Positions 9,179-19,826 of a DNA stretch of 32,000 nucleotides are shown piece by piece (within the stretch, counting starts at the first letter, position 1; every line of letters begins with the position of its first letter). This DNA is from Candidatus Jordarchaeales archaeon (GTDB lineage Archaea > Asgardarchaeota > Jordiarchaeia > Jordiarchaeales > Freyrarchaeaceae). The notes under the pieces are model-generated. The model had not been told where the DNA came from and did not search any database. It was given only the letters and a program-made list of their open reading frames with translations. The stretch is taken from NCBI GenBank assembly GCA_038889235.1, contig JAWAHN010000003.1:173703-205702 (forward strand). The letters are read 5' to 3'. A program made the position numbers and the translations under genes.

Positions 9179-9517
9179 TTCAAGAAGGCAACGCACGGCA
9201 CACCTTAACTTTTAAGGCTAGTTAAGCCGGGACCACCGGCGGAGAAGTCTGAAAACACGCTGCCCCCAGACGCACTCTACTTCTCTTAAGCCCCCGAGAA
9301 GAGTGGCTGAAACTGCTTCTCACAACCAACTCATCAAGCTTAATCCATCCTCCAACTCTCAGCTCTTAGCTACTCTTCCCCCGTTCAACCGTGAAAATAC
9401 CAAAGCCTTTGAAGCCTGCTAGCTCTCCGACTGGTGGTTTCGGCGCGCGGCTCTTCTTTCAAAAGGCTTTTAAGCCTTTTCTTAGCCTTTTATGCGTGCT
9501 ACTGGAGGGGGAGTTGG

Positions 9518-10585
9518 ATGCCTGTTCTAGACCGGTCGAAGATTAGGGCTGACGTGCTCAAGCTCGTAGACGACTACATGAAAGCACAGATGAACGCCAT
9601 AATGGAGTTTCTCGCAAAGGAGGGTAAAGGCGTAGACTTCCCAGCGCTCTGGGGCAAAGTGATGGCGGGCAACGAACGCTTCTTCAGAAGGGAGATGAGC
9701 GTCGAAGAGCTTTACAGCTGGCTGACCAAGGAGGAAATGCTCTTCCTCGCAAGAATGATGAGGTATGCACTCGAGCGCGTGGCGGCCTTAGAACAGCAAA
9801 AGAGACCCCTTCCAAGCGGCATCACCATAAGCCGTGTCGACGCCGGCGGAGTTCCGGCAGAGTGGCAGGTGCCCCCCGGAGCCTCAAAGGACAAAGTAAT
9901 CTTGTATTTCCACGGGGGAGGGATGGTCATAGGATCCCCTAGAACGCATAGACCGTTGACTGTTAGGCTTGGAGAAGAGGCGAAGGCGAGAGTGTTAAGC
10001 GTGGACTACAGGCTGGCACCAGAATACTCCTACCCCTCTCAGCTGGAGGACTGCGTCAAAGCGTACAAGTGGCTCCTCTCCACGGGTGTGAAGCCAAAGA
10101 ACATAATTGTTGCAGGTGACTCTGCCGGAGGAAACCTGGCACTAACAACACTATTGAAGGTCAGAGACGAAGGAGTGGAGCTGCCGGCTGGAGCAGTCTG
10201 CCTATCTCCGGTAACAGACTGGACGGCTACAGATGAAACATACTTCAAGAACGCGAAAACAGACCCAATCCTAGCAGACGTAGGTGTCTTCTGGTGGGGG
10301 GCGGCCTACCTCGCAGGGGCGAACCCAGCTGACCCACTAATCTCGCCGCTGTTCGCCGACCTAAGGGGACTACCACCGATACTTATCCAGGCGAGCACAA
10401 GCGAGATGCTCTTCGGCGGCTGCAAACGCTTCGTCGAAAAGGCCAGAGCTGCTGGGGTGGATGCAACTTTGCAAGCGTGGGACGATATGCCGCACGTGTG
10501 GCAACTATTCGGAATGTACATTCTCCCAGAAGCAGAGGAAGCAATAGCGAAAATAGGCGAGTTCACCCGGAAACTACTCTGGTAA
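9518..10585 (+). CDS. Alpha/beta hydrolase, hormone-sensitive-lipase family esterase/lactonase
   Basis: HGGG oxyanion motif, VDYRLAPE, GDSAGG nucleophile, QASTSEML (acid), DMPHVWQ (His). SD GGAGGGG precedes ATG 9518. Confidence 0.93.
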   Translation: MPVLDRSKIRADVLKLVDDYMKAQMNAIMEFLAKEGKGVDFPALWGKVMAGNERFFRREMSVEELYSWLTKEEMLFLARMMRYALERVAALEQQKRPLPSGITISRVDAGGVPAEWQVPPGASKDKVILYFHGGGMVIGSPRTHRPLTVRLGEEAKARVLSVDYRLAPEYSYPSQLEDCVKAYKWLLSTGVKPKNIIVAGDSAGGNLALTTLLKVRDEGVELPAGAVCLSPVTDWTATDETYFKNAKTDPILADVGVFWWGAAYLAGANPADPLISPLFADLRGLPPILIQASTSEMLFGGCKRFVEKARAAGVDATLQAWDDMPHVWQLFGMYILPEAEEAIAKIGEFTRKLLW

Positions 10586-11411
10586 CCTGAAAACTGGAGA
10601 AAGGCCTTCTGGCCGGAGAAGGTTAACAGCCCGCTTCGTCAGAGAAACAATGTCTCCAATGGCGGATTCGAGTTTCGTCCGAACAGTCTTCATGACGCCT
10701 TTTCTTTTTCGCTTCTTCCGCAACTTTCCCTCTTACACGACACCCCCTTCTTCCCTTAACATGCATCCGAGATAGAGTCGCCCTTACAGCCTAACTGTTG
10801 AGGTTGCTTGAGCCTTGTTACGACAAGGACCCTTCACCCCTAGTTTAAAGATTTTTTCTCCTCAGCGAACCCGAAGCTGAACGAACGTTTAGCTCAGCTC
10901 TTTAAGAGGAAAGCCGATCAGCTGAGTACGCCAACTGGAATCAGGGGAACGATTCACATGTTAATAGTCCTCCAAAGTCATCCCTATCAACAGCTTGCTT
11001 CAAGAAGCGACCACGACGACGACGCACGGGTTGAAGCCACTGCACGTCAAAGCCCTTTTCAACAATGTTAAAACGTCCTTGCGAATTCTTCATTTAAGCC
11101 TGATCCGCTCCAGCCAGCTAATTGAAAGCCTAGAAACTGGGCGCTTCAGCACCTCACTTCCGTTAAACAACACTGCGGAAACATGACTCTAGCCTCACAA
11201 GCCTGCACGTTGAACGGCATAATTCTGAAGGGGGCGTGGCAGCAAACTAAGAAAGACTTGTAAACAAGACAGGGTTTGTCTCAGTCCTAGCAGATAGCGC
11301 TGGGTCCTCTCTAAAAACTCGAAGTTAAAAGTCGATGTTAAAAGAAAGGCTTTTAAAGACGAAGAACCCCTTGTGGTCAGTTGCTTAACTTTTTAAGGGG
11401 GGTATGCGCGT

Positions 11412-13313
11412 TTGGAAAAGAGTAGAGTGTCGTACCATAGTTCTGTTGTCGAAATGTATGAGAAGCTGAAAAGTGACGGCGTGACGAACATCTGGGACCG
11501 CTACGTTGCCCAAGGTTTTGGCGGTGACCCCGACAGGAGGTGCCCGTTCTGCCAGGCGGGTGTAAGGTGTGACTTGTGTTCTAACGGCCCCTGCCGTGCT
11601 GACGCTGAGAAAGGTAAGCGCGGCGTCTGTGGGATAACCGCTGACGGTATGGCGATGAGGATGATGTTGCTGAGGAACATTATGGGGGCTTCAACGTACC
11701 AGTTCCATGCCAGCCAGACTATTAGGACACTGAGAGCTACCGCCGAGGGAAAGACACCCTTCACCATAAGGGAAGAGGGGAAGCTGAGGTGGTTCGCCAA
11801 CAGGCTTGGGTTAGAGTCCGACGGGGACCTCGTTGAGATTACTTTGAGCGTTTGCGATTTCATAGAGAAGGACTACGCGCGAAAGTTTTATGAACCAAGT
11901 AGGATAGTTGAGGCGCTAGCCCCGGAGGAGAGGAAGAAGGTTTGGCGTGAGCTTGGCATATTCCCCGGCGGCATATATGAAGAAATAGTATTGGCCGCTA
12001 GCTCCTGCCTGACGAACGTCGACGGCTACTACGTGAGCCTAGCCCTCAAGGCCATGCGTCTATCCATAGCCGTGGCTTACCAGAGCCAGCTTGTGCTTGA
12101 ATACTGCCAGGATATACTTTTCGGCGTCCCTAATCCTCACAAGGTGCGAGTGAACCTAGGCGTCCTAGACCCGGACTACGTCAACGTCTTAGTTAACGGC
12201 CACGAGCCTTTCCTAGGTTTCGCCTTAGTCCAACTCGCGAGAAGGGAAGAGTGGCAGAGGAAGGCTAGGGAGAGTGGGGCGAAGGGGCTTAGAGTGATAG
12301 CAAACATAGAGACGGGGCAGGAAATGATACAAAGATGGGAAGTGGACGACGTCTTCTATGGCTTCACAGGAAACTGGATAATGCAAGAGGCTGTACTGGC
12401 CAGCGGTTGCGTCGACCTCTTCGCCTGCGACATGAACTGCTCTATGCCCATAGATCCCATATACGCTGAAAGATACTCTTTCAGGCTCGTACCTGTAAGC
12501 GAGCTGGTCGCCTTCGAAAGTGTAAAAGACAGGGTGAACTATGAACCCGAGAAAATGGAGGAGCAAGCTGCGAAACTGCTACAATGGGCCATCGAGAACT
12601 TCAAAGAGAGGAGGATGAAGGTTAAACCAGTCACCGGGCTACCCGTCGGCGAAGCAATCACAGGCTTTTCCACTGAAAGCATACTCGACACACTCGGAGG
12701 AAGCCTGACACCACTAGTGGAAGCGATAAAGGCAGGCGACATAAGAGGGATTGCAGGGCTTGTCTCGTGCACAACACTCAGAGATCACGGCCAGGACGTG
12801 CACACCGTAGCCGTAGCAAGGGAGCTCATAAAAAGGGACGTTTTGATTCTAGCGATGGGATGCGGCAATGCAGCCCTCCAAGTTGCAGGTTTGTGCCGCC
12901 CCGAGGCAGTTGAGTACGCTGGCCTAGGGCTCAGGAAGGTGTGCAAGTCGCTCGGAGTACCGCCAGTACTAAGCTATGGAACCTGCACGGACACCGGGCG
13001 CCTAGCAGACCTACTGGCGTTCTTATCAGACGAGTTTGGAGTTCCAATACCTGACCTACCAGTCGCGGCGGTAGCTCCAGAGTACATGGAGCAAAAGGCA
13101 ACGATAGATGCTGTATTCGCGCTCGCCCTAGGACTTTACACGTACGTCAACCCTGTGCCGCCGATAACCGGCGCACCAAACCTAGTGAAGCTGCTGACGG
13201 AAGAGTGCAGAAAGATAACTGGGGGCGTGTTAAACCTTGAGAAGGACCCCGTGAAAGCCGCAGACGCCATCCTAGCGCACATAGAGGAGAAAAGGAGGAA
13301 GCTCGGAATATGA
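11412..13313 (+). CDS. cooS: CooS-family (anaerobic CO dehydrogenase fold) protein, atypical CooS-V/clade D-like active site
   Basis: CPFC (D-cluster), C53/C56/C61/C73 (B-cluster), NGH264, DMNC, VSCTT, GCG, GTCTD, EQKA. Tyr96 sits at the His93 position and IE300TG replaces CCTG. Confidence 0.92.
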   Translation: MEKSRVSYHSSVVEMYEKLKSDGVTNIWDRYVAQGFGGDPDRRCPFCQAGVRCDLCSNGPCRADAEKGKRGVCGITADGMAMRMMLLRNIMGASTYQFHASQTIRTLRATAEGKTPFTIREEGKLRWFANRLGLESDGDLVEITLSVCDFIEKDYARKFYEPSRIVEALAPEERKKVWRELGIFPGGIYEEIVLAASSCLTNVDGYYVSLALKAMRLSIAVAYQSQLVLEYCQDILFGVPNPHKVRVNLGVLDPDYVNVLVNGHEPFLGFALVQLARREEWQRKARESGAKGLRVIANIETGQEMIQRWEVDDVFYGFTGNWIMQEAVLASGCVDLFACDMNCSMPIDPIYAERYSFRLVPVSELVAFESVKDRVNYEPEKMEEQAAKLLQWAIENFKERRMKVKPVTGLPVGEAITGFSTESILDTLGGSLTPLVEAIKAGDIRGIAGLVSCTTLRDHGQDVHTVAVARELIKRDVLILAMGCGNAALQVAGLCRPEAVEYAGLGLRKVCKSLGVPPVLSYGTCTDTGRLADLLAFLSDEFGVPIPDLPVAAVAPEYMEQKATIDAVFALALGLYTYVNPVPPITGAPNLVKLLTEECRKITGGVLNLEKDPVKAADAILAHIEEKRRKLGI

Positions 13314-13347
13314 AGAGGGCTGCAGTGGACGGTGAACCCCAAGTATG

Positions 13348-14166
13348 CTACTTGCCCTTTCTGTGTGTCGCCTCTTTCAGTTGCCGGGTGTAGCTTCTAA
13401 GGGACTCGATCATTTTCTCCTCGTCGCCCACATTCTCCTCTATTATTCTCACCAGGCGGCTTCCAACTATGGCGGCGTCAGCTCCGAGCTCGAGGACGCG
13501 GCTCACATGTTCAGGCTTCGACACGCCGAAGCCCACCGCTAGGGGGATGCGGCCCCGCGTGAAGTGGAGCGCCCTCCTGATCGTTTCAACCGTTATTTCC
13601 TGGATTTTCTCCCTTGCCCCAGTGACCCCGAAAACGGATACGAGGTAAAGGAACCCGGATGTGTAATCTACGATCTTCTTCAGCCTCTCGGTTGAAGTTG
13701 AAGGGGCTGCGAGGAATATGGTGTCGACTTCGTATGCTTCAGCGTACTCCTTGTACTCGCCTGCCTCCTCGACGGGTAGGTCCGGCACGACCACCCCGTC
13801 TACCCCTCTAGCGCTCGCCTCCTCGAAGAAGCTCTTAAGACCCATCTTGAATATTGGGTTGTAGTAGCTCAGGATAACTATCGGGGTGCGCGTCTCCTGC
13901 TTTATTTTCTCAACCATTTCGAGAACCATCCTCGGCCTAGTTCCCGCTCTGAGCGCCCTAACAGTTGCCGCCTGTATCGTTGGCCCGTCAGCTATAGGGT
14001 CTGAGAAGGGGATGCCAAGCTCCACTATGTCAGCTCCGCCTTCAACCAGTGCTCTGACCACTTCGGGCGTTGCCTGTGGTGAGGGGTCTCCGGCGGTCAC
14101 GTAAGCTATGAGGGCCCCCTCCCCCCGCTTTTCGAGCTCGGAAAACTTCCTCGCTATCTCCCTCAT
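13348..14166 (-). CDS. trpA: Tryptophan synthase alpha chain
   Basis: [53 protein letters not shown]. Confidence 0.98.
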   Translation of the reverse strand: MREIARKFSELEKRGEGALIAYVTAGDPSPQATPEVVRALVEGGADIVELGIPFSDPIADGPTIQAATVRALRAGTRPRMVLEMVEKIKQETRTPIVILSYYNPIFKMGLKSFFEEASARGVDGVVVPDLPVEEAGEYKEYAEAYEVDTIFLAAPSTSTERLKKIVDYTSGFLYLVSVFGVTGAREKIQEITVETIRRALHFTRGRIPLAVGFGVSKPEHVSRVLELGADAAIVGSRLVRIIEENVGDEEKMIESLRSYTRQLKEATHRKGK

Positions 14167-15359
14167 ACTTCCACCCCAAGGTACCTCGCAACTACTTCGA
14201 CGTCCTTGTCCCCCCTACCCGAGAGCGTGACGACCACTATTTCATCTTTGCTCATCTCGCTGGCAAGCCTCATGGCAAACGCTAGGGCATGCGCGGGCTC
14301 AAGCGCCGGCAGAATGCCTTCAGTCCTCGAAAGCTCAAGGAATGCCTTCACAGCCTCATCGTCTGTGACGGCGACGTACCGGGCTCTTCCAATTGACTTG
14401 AGGAAAGCGTGCTCCGGTCCGACTCCCGGGTAGTCGAGGCCCGCTGATATGCTGTGCGTGGTTTTTATCTGTCCGTCCTCGTCTTGCAACACGTAGGTGA
14501 GCATCCCGTGAAACACTCCTTCTTCGCCGCCGCACAGTGAGGCCGCATGCATTCCCGTCTCTAGGCCGCGCCCCGCCGCCTCAACACCGTAAAGCTCGAC
14601 TTCCTCGTCGTCCAGGAAGGGGTAGAAGGTTCCTATGGCGTTGCTCCCCCCTCCAACGCACGCAACAAGCGCGTCTGGAAGCCTGCCTTCCTTCCTGAGG
14701 ATTTGCTCCCTCAGTTCTCGCCCTATAACGCTCTGAAACTCCCTAACTATTAAGGGGTACGGGTGTGGGCCGACCACCGAGCCTATGAGGTAGTAAGTGT
14801 TTTCGAGGTTGGTCACCCAGTCCCTTAAGGCCTCGTTTATGGCGTCTTTCAGCGTCCTCGACCCCGACTCAACCCTGTGAACCTCGGCTCCGAGGAGGCG
14901 CATCCTGAAGACGTTAAGCCTCTGCCTCTCCATGTCCTCCGCTCCCATGTATATTTCGGCTTTCAACCCTAGGACCGCGCAAGCCATCGCAGTAGCCACA
15001 CCGTGCTGCCCCGCACCCGTTTCAGCGATCACTCTGCACTTCCCCATCCTCTTAGCTAGCAAGGCTTGACCCAGCGTGTTGTTTATCTTGTGTGCTCCGC
15101 CGTGAGCTAGGTCCTCCCTCTTCAAGTATATTTTCGCGCCCCCGACGGCCTTAGTGAGGTTCTCAGCGTAGTAGAGGGGGGTTGGGCGTCCAGCGTACTC
15201 GGACAAGTAGTAGTTTAGCTCCCTCTGGAAGGAGGGGTCCGCCCTGCACTCCATGAACGCTCTCTCAAGCTCCTCTAAGGCCGCCATGAGGGTCTCTGGT
15301 ACGAACTGCCCGCCATATTTTCCAAACTTTCCACGCACAGGGTACTCGCTCAGCTTCAT
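14163..15359 (-). CDS. trpB: Tryptophan synthase beta chain (TrpB1)
   Basis: [16 protein letters not shown] (PLP Lys), [32 protein letters not shown]; ATGA overlap with trpA. Confidence 0.98.
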   Translation of the reverse strand: MKLSEYPVRGKFGKYGGQFVPETLMAALEELERAFMECRADPSFQRELNYYLSEYAGRPTPLYYAENLTKAVGGAKIYLKREDLAHGGAHKINNTLGQALLAKRMGKCRVIAETGAGQHGVATAMACAVLGLKAEIYMGAEDMERQRLNVFRMRLLGAEVHRVESGSRTLKDAINEALRDWVTNLENTYYLIGSVVGPHPYPLIVREFQSVIGRELREQILRKEGRLPDALVACVGGGSNAIGTFYPFLDDEEVELYGVEAAGRGLETGMHAASLCGGEEGVFHGMLTYVLQDEDGQIKTTHSISAGLDYPGVGPEHAFLKSIGRARYVAVTDDEAVKAFLELSRTEGILPALEPAHALAFAMRLASEMSKDEIVVVTLSGRGDKDVEVVARYLGVEV

Positions 15360-15991
15360 ACTCCAGCCTCCATCACGCTTCTAACAAACTCGAAAACCTT
15401 CAACCTATCCTTCACGCCCGGCTTAGCTTCAACCCCACTCGATACGTCGACTGCGAAAGGCCTGACAACTCTTATCGCTTCTTTAACGTTTCCGGCATTG
15501 AGCCCGCCGGCGAGTATCAGCGGCTTAGGGTGGACTAGGTCCCTTATCTTTCTACTAATAGACCAGTCGTGTGTCCTCCCAGTCCCACCCATCTCCCCCG
15601 GTGTGTCCACCAGTATGGCGTCGCAGTAAGAGGCCACTTCCAAGGCTAGCTCCGGCGAGGACTGAGTTGCTTGGACTGCAGCTATGAGCTTCACGCCCGC
15701 GACGGCGTCCCTCAGCTCCCCGTTAACCCGCAGTCCGTGAACTTGCACAGCGTCCGGGTTAACCAAGTCGACTATCTTCTTCAAGTGGTCTACGCTTCTA
15801 GGCACTGTGACCGCAACTGTCTCGACGAAGACTGGCGTGGCCCTCACCAGACTCCTTGCCTCGCTCGGCGCCAGACTCCTAGGGGAGGAGGGGACATCGA
15901 CCACGAAGCCTACGGCGTCTACCCCTGCCTCTACAACCATGTGGAGGTCCTCGACGGATTTCACACCGCAGATCTTCACCCTAGTCCTCAT
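15356..15991 (-). CDS. trpF: Phosphoribosylanthranilate isomerase
   Basis: [37 protein letters not shown]. Confidence 0.97.
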   Translation of the reverse strand: MRTRVKICGVKSVEDLHMVVEAGVDAVGFVVDVPSSPRSLAPSEARSLVRATPVFVETVAVTVPRSVDHLKKIVDLVNPDAVQVHGLRVNGELRDAVAGVKLIAAVQATQSSPELALEVASYCDAILVDTPGEMGGTGRTHDWSISRKIRDLVHPKPLILAGGLNAGNVKEAIRVVRPFAVDVSSGVEAKPGVKDRLKVFEFVRSVMEAGV

Positions 15992-16764
15992 AAGGCTTCC
16001 ACCAGCTCCCTAACCTTATCCCTAACACTTGCAGCGGTCATTATTGATGTTCCAACGAGGAACGCTCTAGCGCCGCACGAGTAGAGAAACCTCACGTCTT
16101 CCGGGCTGCGTATCCCGCTTTCGCTAACTATAATCCGGCTCCCCGTGTATCCCGACAACACCTTTCTGGTAACGTCCAAGTCCACTTTCAGCGTCCTCAA
16201 ATCCCTGTTGTTGACGCCAATCATGTCAGCATCATAGCCGAGCGCTGATATAAACTCGTTCTTAGAGTGGACTTCCAGTAGCACCTCCAGCCCCCTGCTG
16301 TGCGCGTACTCTATCATGTCCTCCAGCTTCTCATCACAATACCCTCTCTCGAAAACAGGGTATATCAGTAGCACAGTATTAGCTCCAGCCTTGAAAGCGG
16401 CGTCGATCTGAACGGGGCTCACAACAATGTCCTTCATTAATACAGGAACCTTAACAGCCCGCCTTACCTCCACCAACGCGCTCACTGAGCCGTGGAAGTG
16501 CTTTGGCTCCGTCAGCACGGATATCCCAACAGCGCCGCCTTCTTCCATCTCCCTTGCGAGCTCAGCTGGCCTTCGACCTTTGTCCAAGACCCCCTGGGAG
16601 GGGGAGGCTGGTTTCACCTCCGATATTATCGCTGCCTTAGTGCAGGAGAGTATTGCCTCCTCGAGGCTGAGCCTTTCAGCTGGGACGCACCTAACCTCGT
16701 CGTAGAACCCCTCTTCCACGGTTTTCCTGGCATCCCTTGCGAGTACGTCTAGGAAGTCACCCAT
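15988..16764 (-). CDS. trpC: Indole-3-glycerol phosphate synthase
   Basis: ISEVKPASPS, ISVLTEPKHF.GS, VLMKD, LLEVH, GVNNRDL, SESGI. True start is probably ATG 16764, overlapping the trpD stop, rather than 16815. Confidence 0.96.
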   Translation of the reverse strand: MGDFLDVLARDARKTVEEGFYDEVRCVPAERLSLEEAILSCTKAAIISEVKPASPSQGVLDKGRRPAELAREMEEGGAVGISVLTEPKHFHGSVSALVEVRRAVKVPVLMKDIVVSPVQIDAAFKAGANTVLLIYPVFERGYCDEKLEDMIEYAHSRGLEVLLEVHSKNEFISALGYDADMIGVNNRDLRTLKVDLDVTRKVLSGYTGSRIIVSESGIRSPEDVRFLYSCGARAFLVGTSIMTAASVRDKVRELVEAL

Positions 16765-17815
16765 GTCTCCGCTCCAGCTCCTCGAGTTTTGAAACGTCTC
16801 CACCGGAGAAGGCAACCATTTCTTTCAGCTTCTTGTAGGCTGCCCCGCTCCTAAGAGACTCCTCGGCGAGCTCGACTCCGTGAGATAGACTGTCAGCTTT
16901 TCCTCCCACTAGTATGCCTGCAGCGGCGTTCATGAGCACCATGTTCCTCCTGGGATCCCTCTTAGGCAGAAGGTCGTTGAGTATCTTGAAGGTTAGCTCG
17001 GCGCTCCCGTCCGGGTCGAGCCCGGCCACCTCTTCGGGTCTCGCTGCTTCGAAGCCGAAGTCTTTGGGGGTAACGTTGAAAGTCGAAATCTCTCCGTCCC
17101 TCAACCATGCTACCATCGTTTCTCCAGTCACTGATATCTCGTCGATTCCGTCCAGCCCGTGTACTACCATCGCTTCAACGCAGCCAAGCCCTTTTAGCAC
17201 CTCGGCCATGGGTAAAACCCACTCCCTGCCGAAGACCCCGAGGACCTGGGCGTTTGCCCCAGCAGGGTTAGTTAGAGGCCCTAGAATGTTGAACACTGTT
17301 CTTATTCCTATTTCCCTCCTTGGCCCTGCAACGTGTTTCATCGCTGGGTGGAAGTTCGGGGCGAACATGAAGCCTATCCCTACGTGCTCCACCATTCTCT
17401 CCACTTTCTCCGGCTCGACGTTGAGGTTAAATCCTAGCTTTTCAAGCACGTCAGCGCTCCCGCTCTTACCCGTGACCGACCGGTTCCCGTGCTTAGCGAC
17501 GGGAATACCGGCCCCAGCGACTATGAATGCTGACGCCGTGCTCACGTTGAATGTTTTAATGCGGTCTCCTCCTGTTCCACAAGTGTCGACGAGCCGGCCG
17601 CTCACCTTGGGATTTATCCTCCGGCAGAACTCACGCATGACCGAGGCGAACGCGGTGATCTCCTCAACAGTTTCCCTTTTCATCCTCAGCGCTGTTAGGA
17701 AGGCTCCTATCTGTGCTCCCGTCGCCTCGCCCGACATTATCTTCTTCATGGCGTCACGCGCTTCTTCGCGCGTTAGGCTTACGCCCTCAACAAGCTTCTG
17801 AATGTACTCCTTCAC
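16757..17815 (-). CDS. trpD: Anthranilate phosphoribosyltransferase
   Basis: DTCGTGGD, FNVST, KHGNRSVTGKSGSAD, FAPNFHPAM, GPLTNP, DEIS. Confidence 0.98.
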   Translation of the reverse strand: MKEYIQKLVEGVSLTREEARDAMKKIMSGEATGAQIGAFLTALRMKRETVEEITAFASVMREFCRRINPKVSGRLVDTCGTGGDRIKTFNVSTASAFIVAGAGIPVAKHGNRSVTGKSGSADVLEKLGFNLNVEPEKVERMVEHVGIGFMFAPNFHPAMKHVAGPRREIGIRTVFNILGPLTNPAGANAQVLGVFGREWVLPMAEVLKGLGCVEAMVVHGLDGIDEISVTGETMVAWLRDGEISTFNVTPKDFGFEAARPEEVAGLDPDGSAELTFKILNDLLPKRDPRRNMVLMNAAAGILVGGKADSLSHGVELAEESLRSGAAYKKLKEMVAFSGGDVSKLEELERRHG

Positions 17816-17818
17816 ATT

Positions 17819-18403
17819 CTAACCTCCTTCAAGGAAGTTCTTTATGATAAGCTTCCCGCAGGAAGTGAGTATGGACTCGGGGTGGAATTGGACCCCCTCA
17901 ATCGGGTACTCGACGTGCCTCACCCCCATAATCTCCCCGTCGTCAAGAGACTCCGCTGTGACCTTCAGGCAGCCCGGTATGCTCGACTTGTCTCCTACGA
18001 GCGAGTGGTACCTTGTAGCCTCAAAGGGGTTGTCGACCCCCCTGAAGACCCCTCTGCCGTCGTGTTTAACCATGCTAGTCTTACCGTGCATCAACCTCTT
18101 CGCCCGGACTATCCTCCCGCCGAAAACATGTATTATCCCCTGGTGTCCGAGACATACACCAAGTATGGGAGTATAGGGTCCAATGTGCCGTATTATCTCT
18201 GAGCAGACACCGAAGTACCTCGGGTTCTCAGGCGTCCCTGGCCCAGGCGAGAGAATCACCCTGTCTGGGCGGAGCTTGAGGACGCGCTTCAACGTCAACT
18301 GGTCATTTCTGAACACGAGCGGTTTTCCTCCAAGCTCGCCCACGTACTGAACGAGGTTGTAGACGAACGAGTCGTAGTTGTCGACAACCAAAACCTTCAG
18401 CAA
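17819..18403 (-). CDS. trpG: Anthranilate synthase component II (glutamine amidotransferase)
   Basis: DNYDSF, SPGPG, LGVCLGHQ, RYHSL, QFHPES. Confidence 0.98.
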   Translation of the reverse strand: MLKVLVVDNYDSFVYNLVQYVGELGGKPLVFRNDQLTLKRVLKLRPDRVILSPGPGTPENPRYFGVCSEIIRHIGPYTPILGVCLGHQGIIHVFGGRIVRAKRLMHGKTSMVKHDGRGVFRGVDNPFEATRYHSLVGDKSSIPGCLKVTAESLDDGEIMGVRHVEYPIEGVQFHPESILTSCGKLIIKNFLEGG

Positions 18404-18406
18404 TTT

Positions 18407-19723
18407 TCACGCCTCCGCGAGCTCCAGGGCTTTTAGCAGAGCCTTAGCCTTATGCTCGGTTTCAAGCCACTCCCTTTCGGGGATGGAGTCTGCAACTATT
18501 CCGGCTCCAGCCTGTATGAAGCAGCGCTCACCATCAGCTACAAGAGTCCTTATCGTTATCGCGAAGTCAGAGTTACCGTTAAACGAGAAGTACCCCACCC
18601 CCCCAGCGTAGGGCCCCCTCCTCGACGGCTCACACTCCTCTATTATCTCCATCGCCCTAACTTTTGGAGCCCCCGAGACGGTTCCAGCTGGGAAGACCGC
18701 CCTTAGAACATCGTAGCAGTCGCAGCCGTCCCTCAGCTCACCCACCACCCTTGAAACGATGTGCTGCACGTGGCTGTACTTGTGTATCACCATGAACTCG
18801 GGCACGTGTACGCTTCCAAACTTCGCAACACGGCCAACGTCGTTCCTCGCGAGGTCGACGAGCATAACGTGTTCAGCCCTCTCCTTGGGGTCAGCGAGAA
18901 GACCCCTCGCAAGCTCCTCGTCCTCAGCCTCGGTAGCCCCCCTAGGCCTGGTTCCGGCTATCGGGAATGTTTCGATAACCCCACCCTCAACCCTCACAAG
19001 CATCTCGGGGCTCGATCCTATTATCCTCCGGGAGCCCATCTTGAGGAAGTACATGTAAGGAGAGGGGTTTATCTTTCTAAGCTCCAGGTAGAAGCGGGCT
19101 AGGTCCCCTCTAACCTTGAAGTCGTACCTCCTGGAAAGAACTACCTGAAATATGTCGCCCGACGCTATGTACTCCTTCGCCCGCAAAACCCTCTCCTCAT
19201 ACTCCTCCTTGCTCAGGTTGGCCTTCGGAAAAGTGAATGACAGGTGCTCTCCCCCATCCCACTCATCGTCTGCAAGTTCAAGCAGTTCGTCAGACCTATC
19301 CTCGCCCCTATAAACGTAGATGGCCTCGTTTCTCTCATGGTCGAAAACCAGCACGTCGTCATATATGCCGAACTCTATGTCTGGGAACTTGGGCTCGTCC
19401 TCAGCTATGCGGGGCAGCTTCTCCCAGTATCTCACAGCGTCATAGGAAATGTATCCTACAGCTCCCCCGGAAAACCTGAGGTCTGAACAGCCTGGCTCTC
19501 TTCCAACAATCCTCCTCAGCGTTTCGAGAGGATCCTTAACCTTGAAACTGGCTTCCTCCCCGCAGCTTAAGTCTTGGAGGAGGGCTTCGCCGTCCTTCAC
19601 CGTGTAAAGCTGCCTAGGGTTGAAGCCTATGAAGGAGAAGCGTGCTATTCTTTTGGGGCCCTCAACGGACTCGAGCAGGTAAGCGTACTCGCATTTTTCT
19701 TGTAATGAAAGGAAAACTTGCAC
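18407..19723 (-). CDS. trpE: Anthranilate synthase component I; 5' end uncertain (frame open to 19822 but no canonical start above GTG 19723)
   Basis: [85 protein letters not shown]. Confidence 0.96.
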   Translation of the reverse strand: MQVFLSLQEKCEYAYLLESVEGPKRIARFSFIGFNPRQLYTVKDGEALLQDLSCGEEASFKVKDPLETLRRIVGREPGCSDLRFSGGAVGYISYDAVRYWEKLPRIAEDEPKFPDIEFGIYDDVLVFDHERNEAIYVYRGEDRSDELLELADDEWDGGEHLSFTFPKANLSKEEYEERVLRAKEYIASGDIFQVVLSRRYDFKVRGDLARFYLELRKINPSPYMYFLKMGSRRIIGSSPEMLVRVEGGVIETFPIAGTRPRGATEAEDEELARGLLADPKERAEHVMLVDLARNDVGRVAKFGSVHVPEFMVIHKYSHVQHIVSRVVGELRDGCDCYDVLRAVFPAGTVSGAPKVRAMEIIEECEPSRRGPYAGGVGYFSFNGNSDFAITIRTLVADGERCFIQAGAGIVADSIPEREWLETEHKAKALLKALELAEA

Positions 19724-19766
19724 AGGGGGTTTTGATACTGGGAGACGTTTGCAGTGCAGCCTCCTC

Positions 19767-19826
19767 TTAACTAGAGGTGCTGCTAGGCGCGTGAAGCCTC
19801 TCTGTAAGCCAAACGCGACCCCTCAC
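19767..19826 (-). other. 19-codon Trp-containing leader ORF (MRGRVWLTERLHAPSSTSS*) overlapping the start-less 5' extension of trpE
   Basis: GGAGG (19838-19834) + 7 nt + GTG, the same architecture as the trpD start (GGAGGttagaatGTGA vs GGAGGctcgaatGTGA). Single TGG at codon 6 (19811-19809); TAA at 19769-19767. Confidence 0.5.

Noticed and set aside
10590-11340. Long intergenic region before cooS with short hairpins (CCTTGT-TACG-ACAAGG, CTTGTAAACAAG) and GTTAAAAG twice
   Set aside because: No recognisable ncRNA or operator consensus; elements are short enough to arise by chance.
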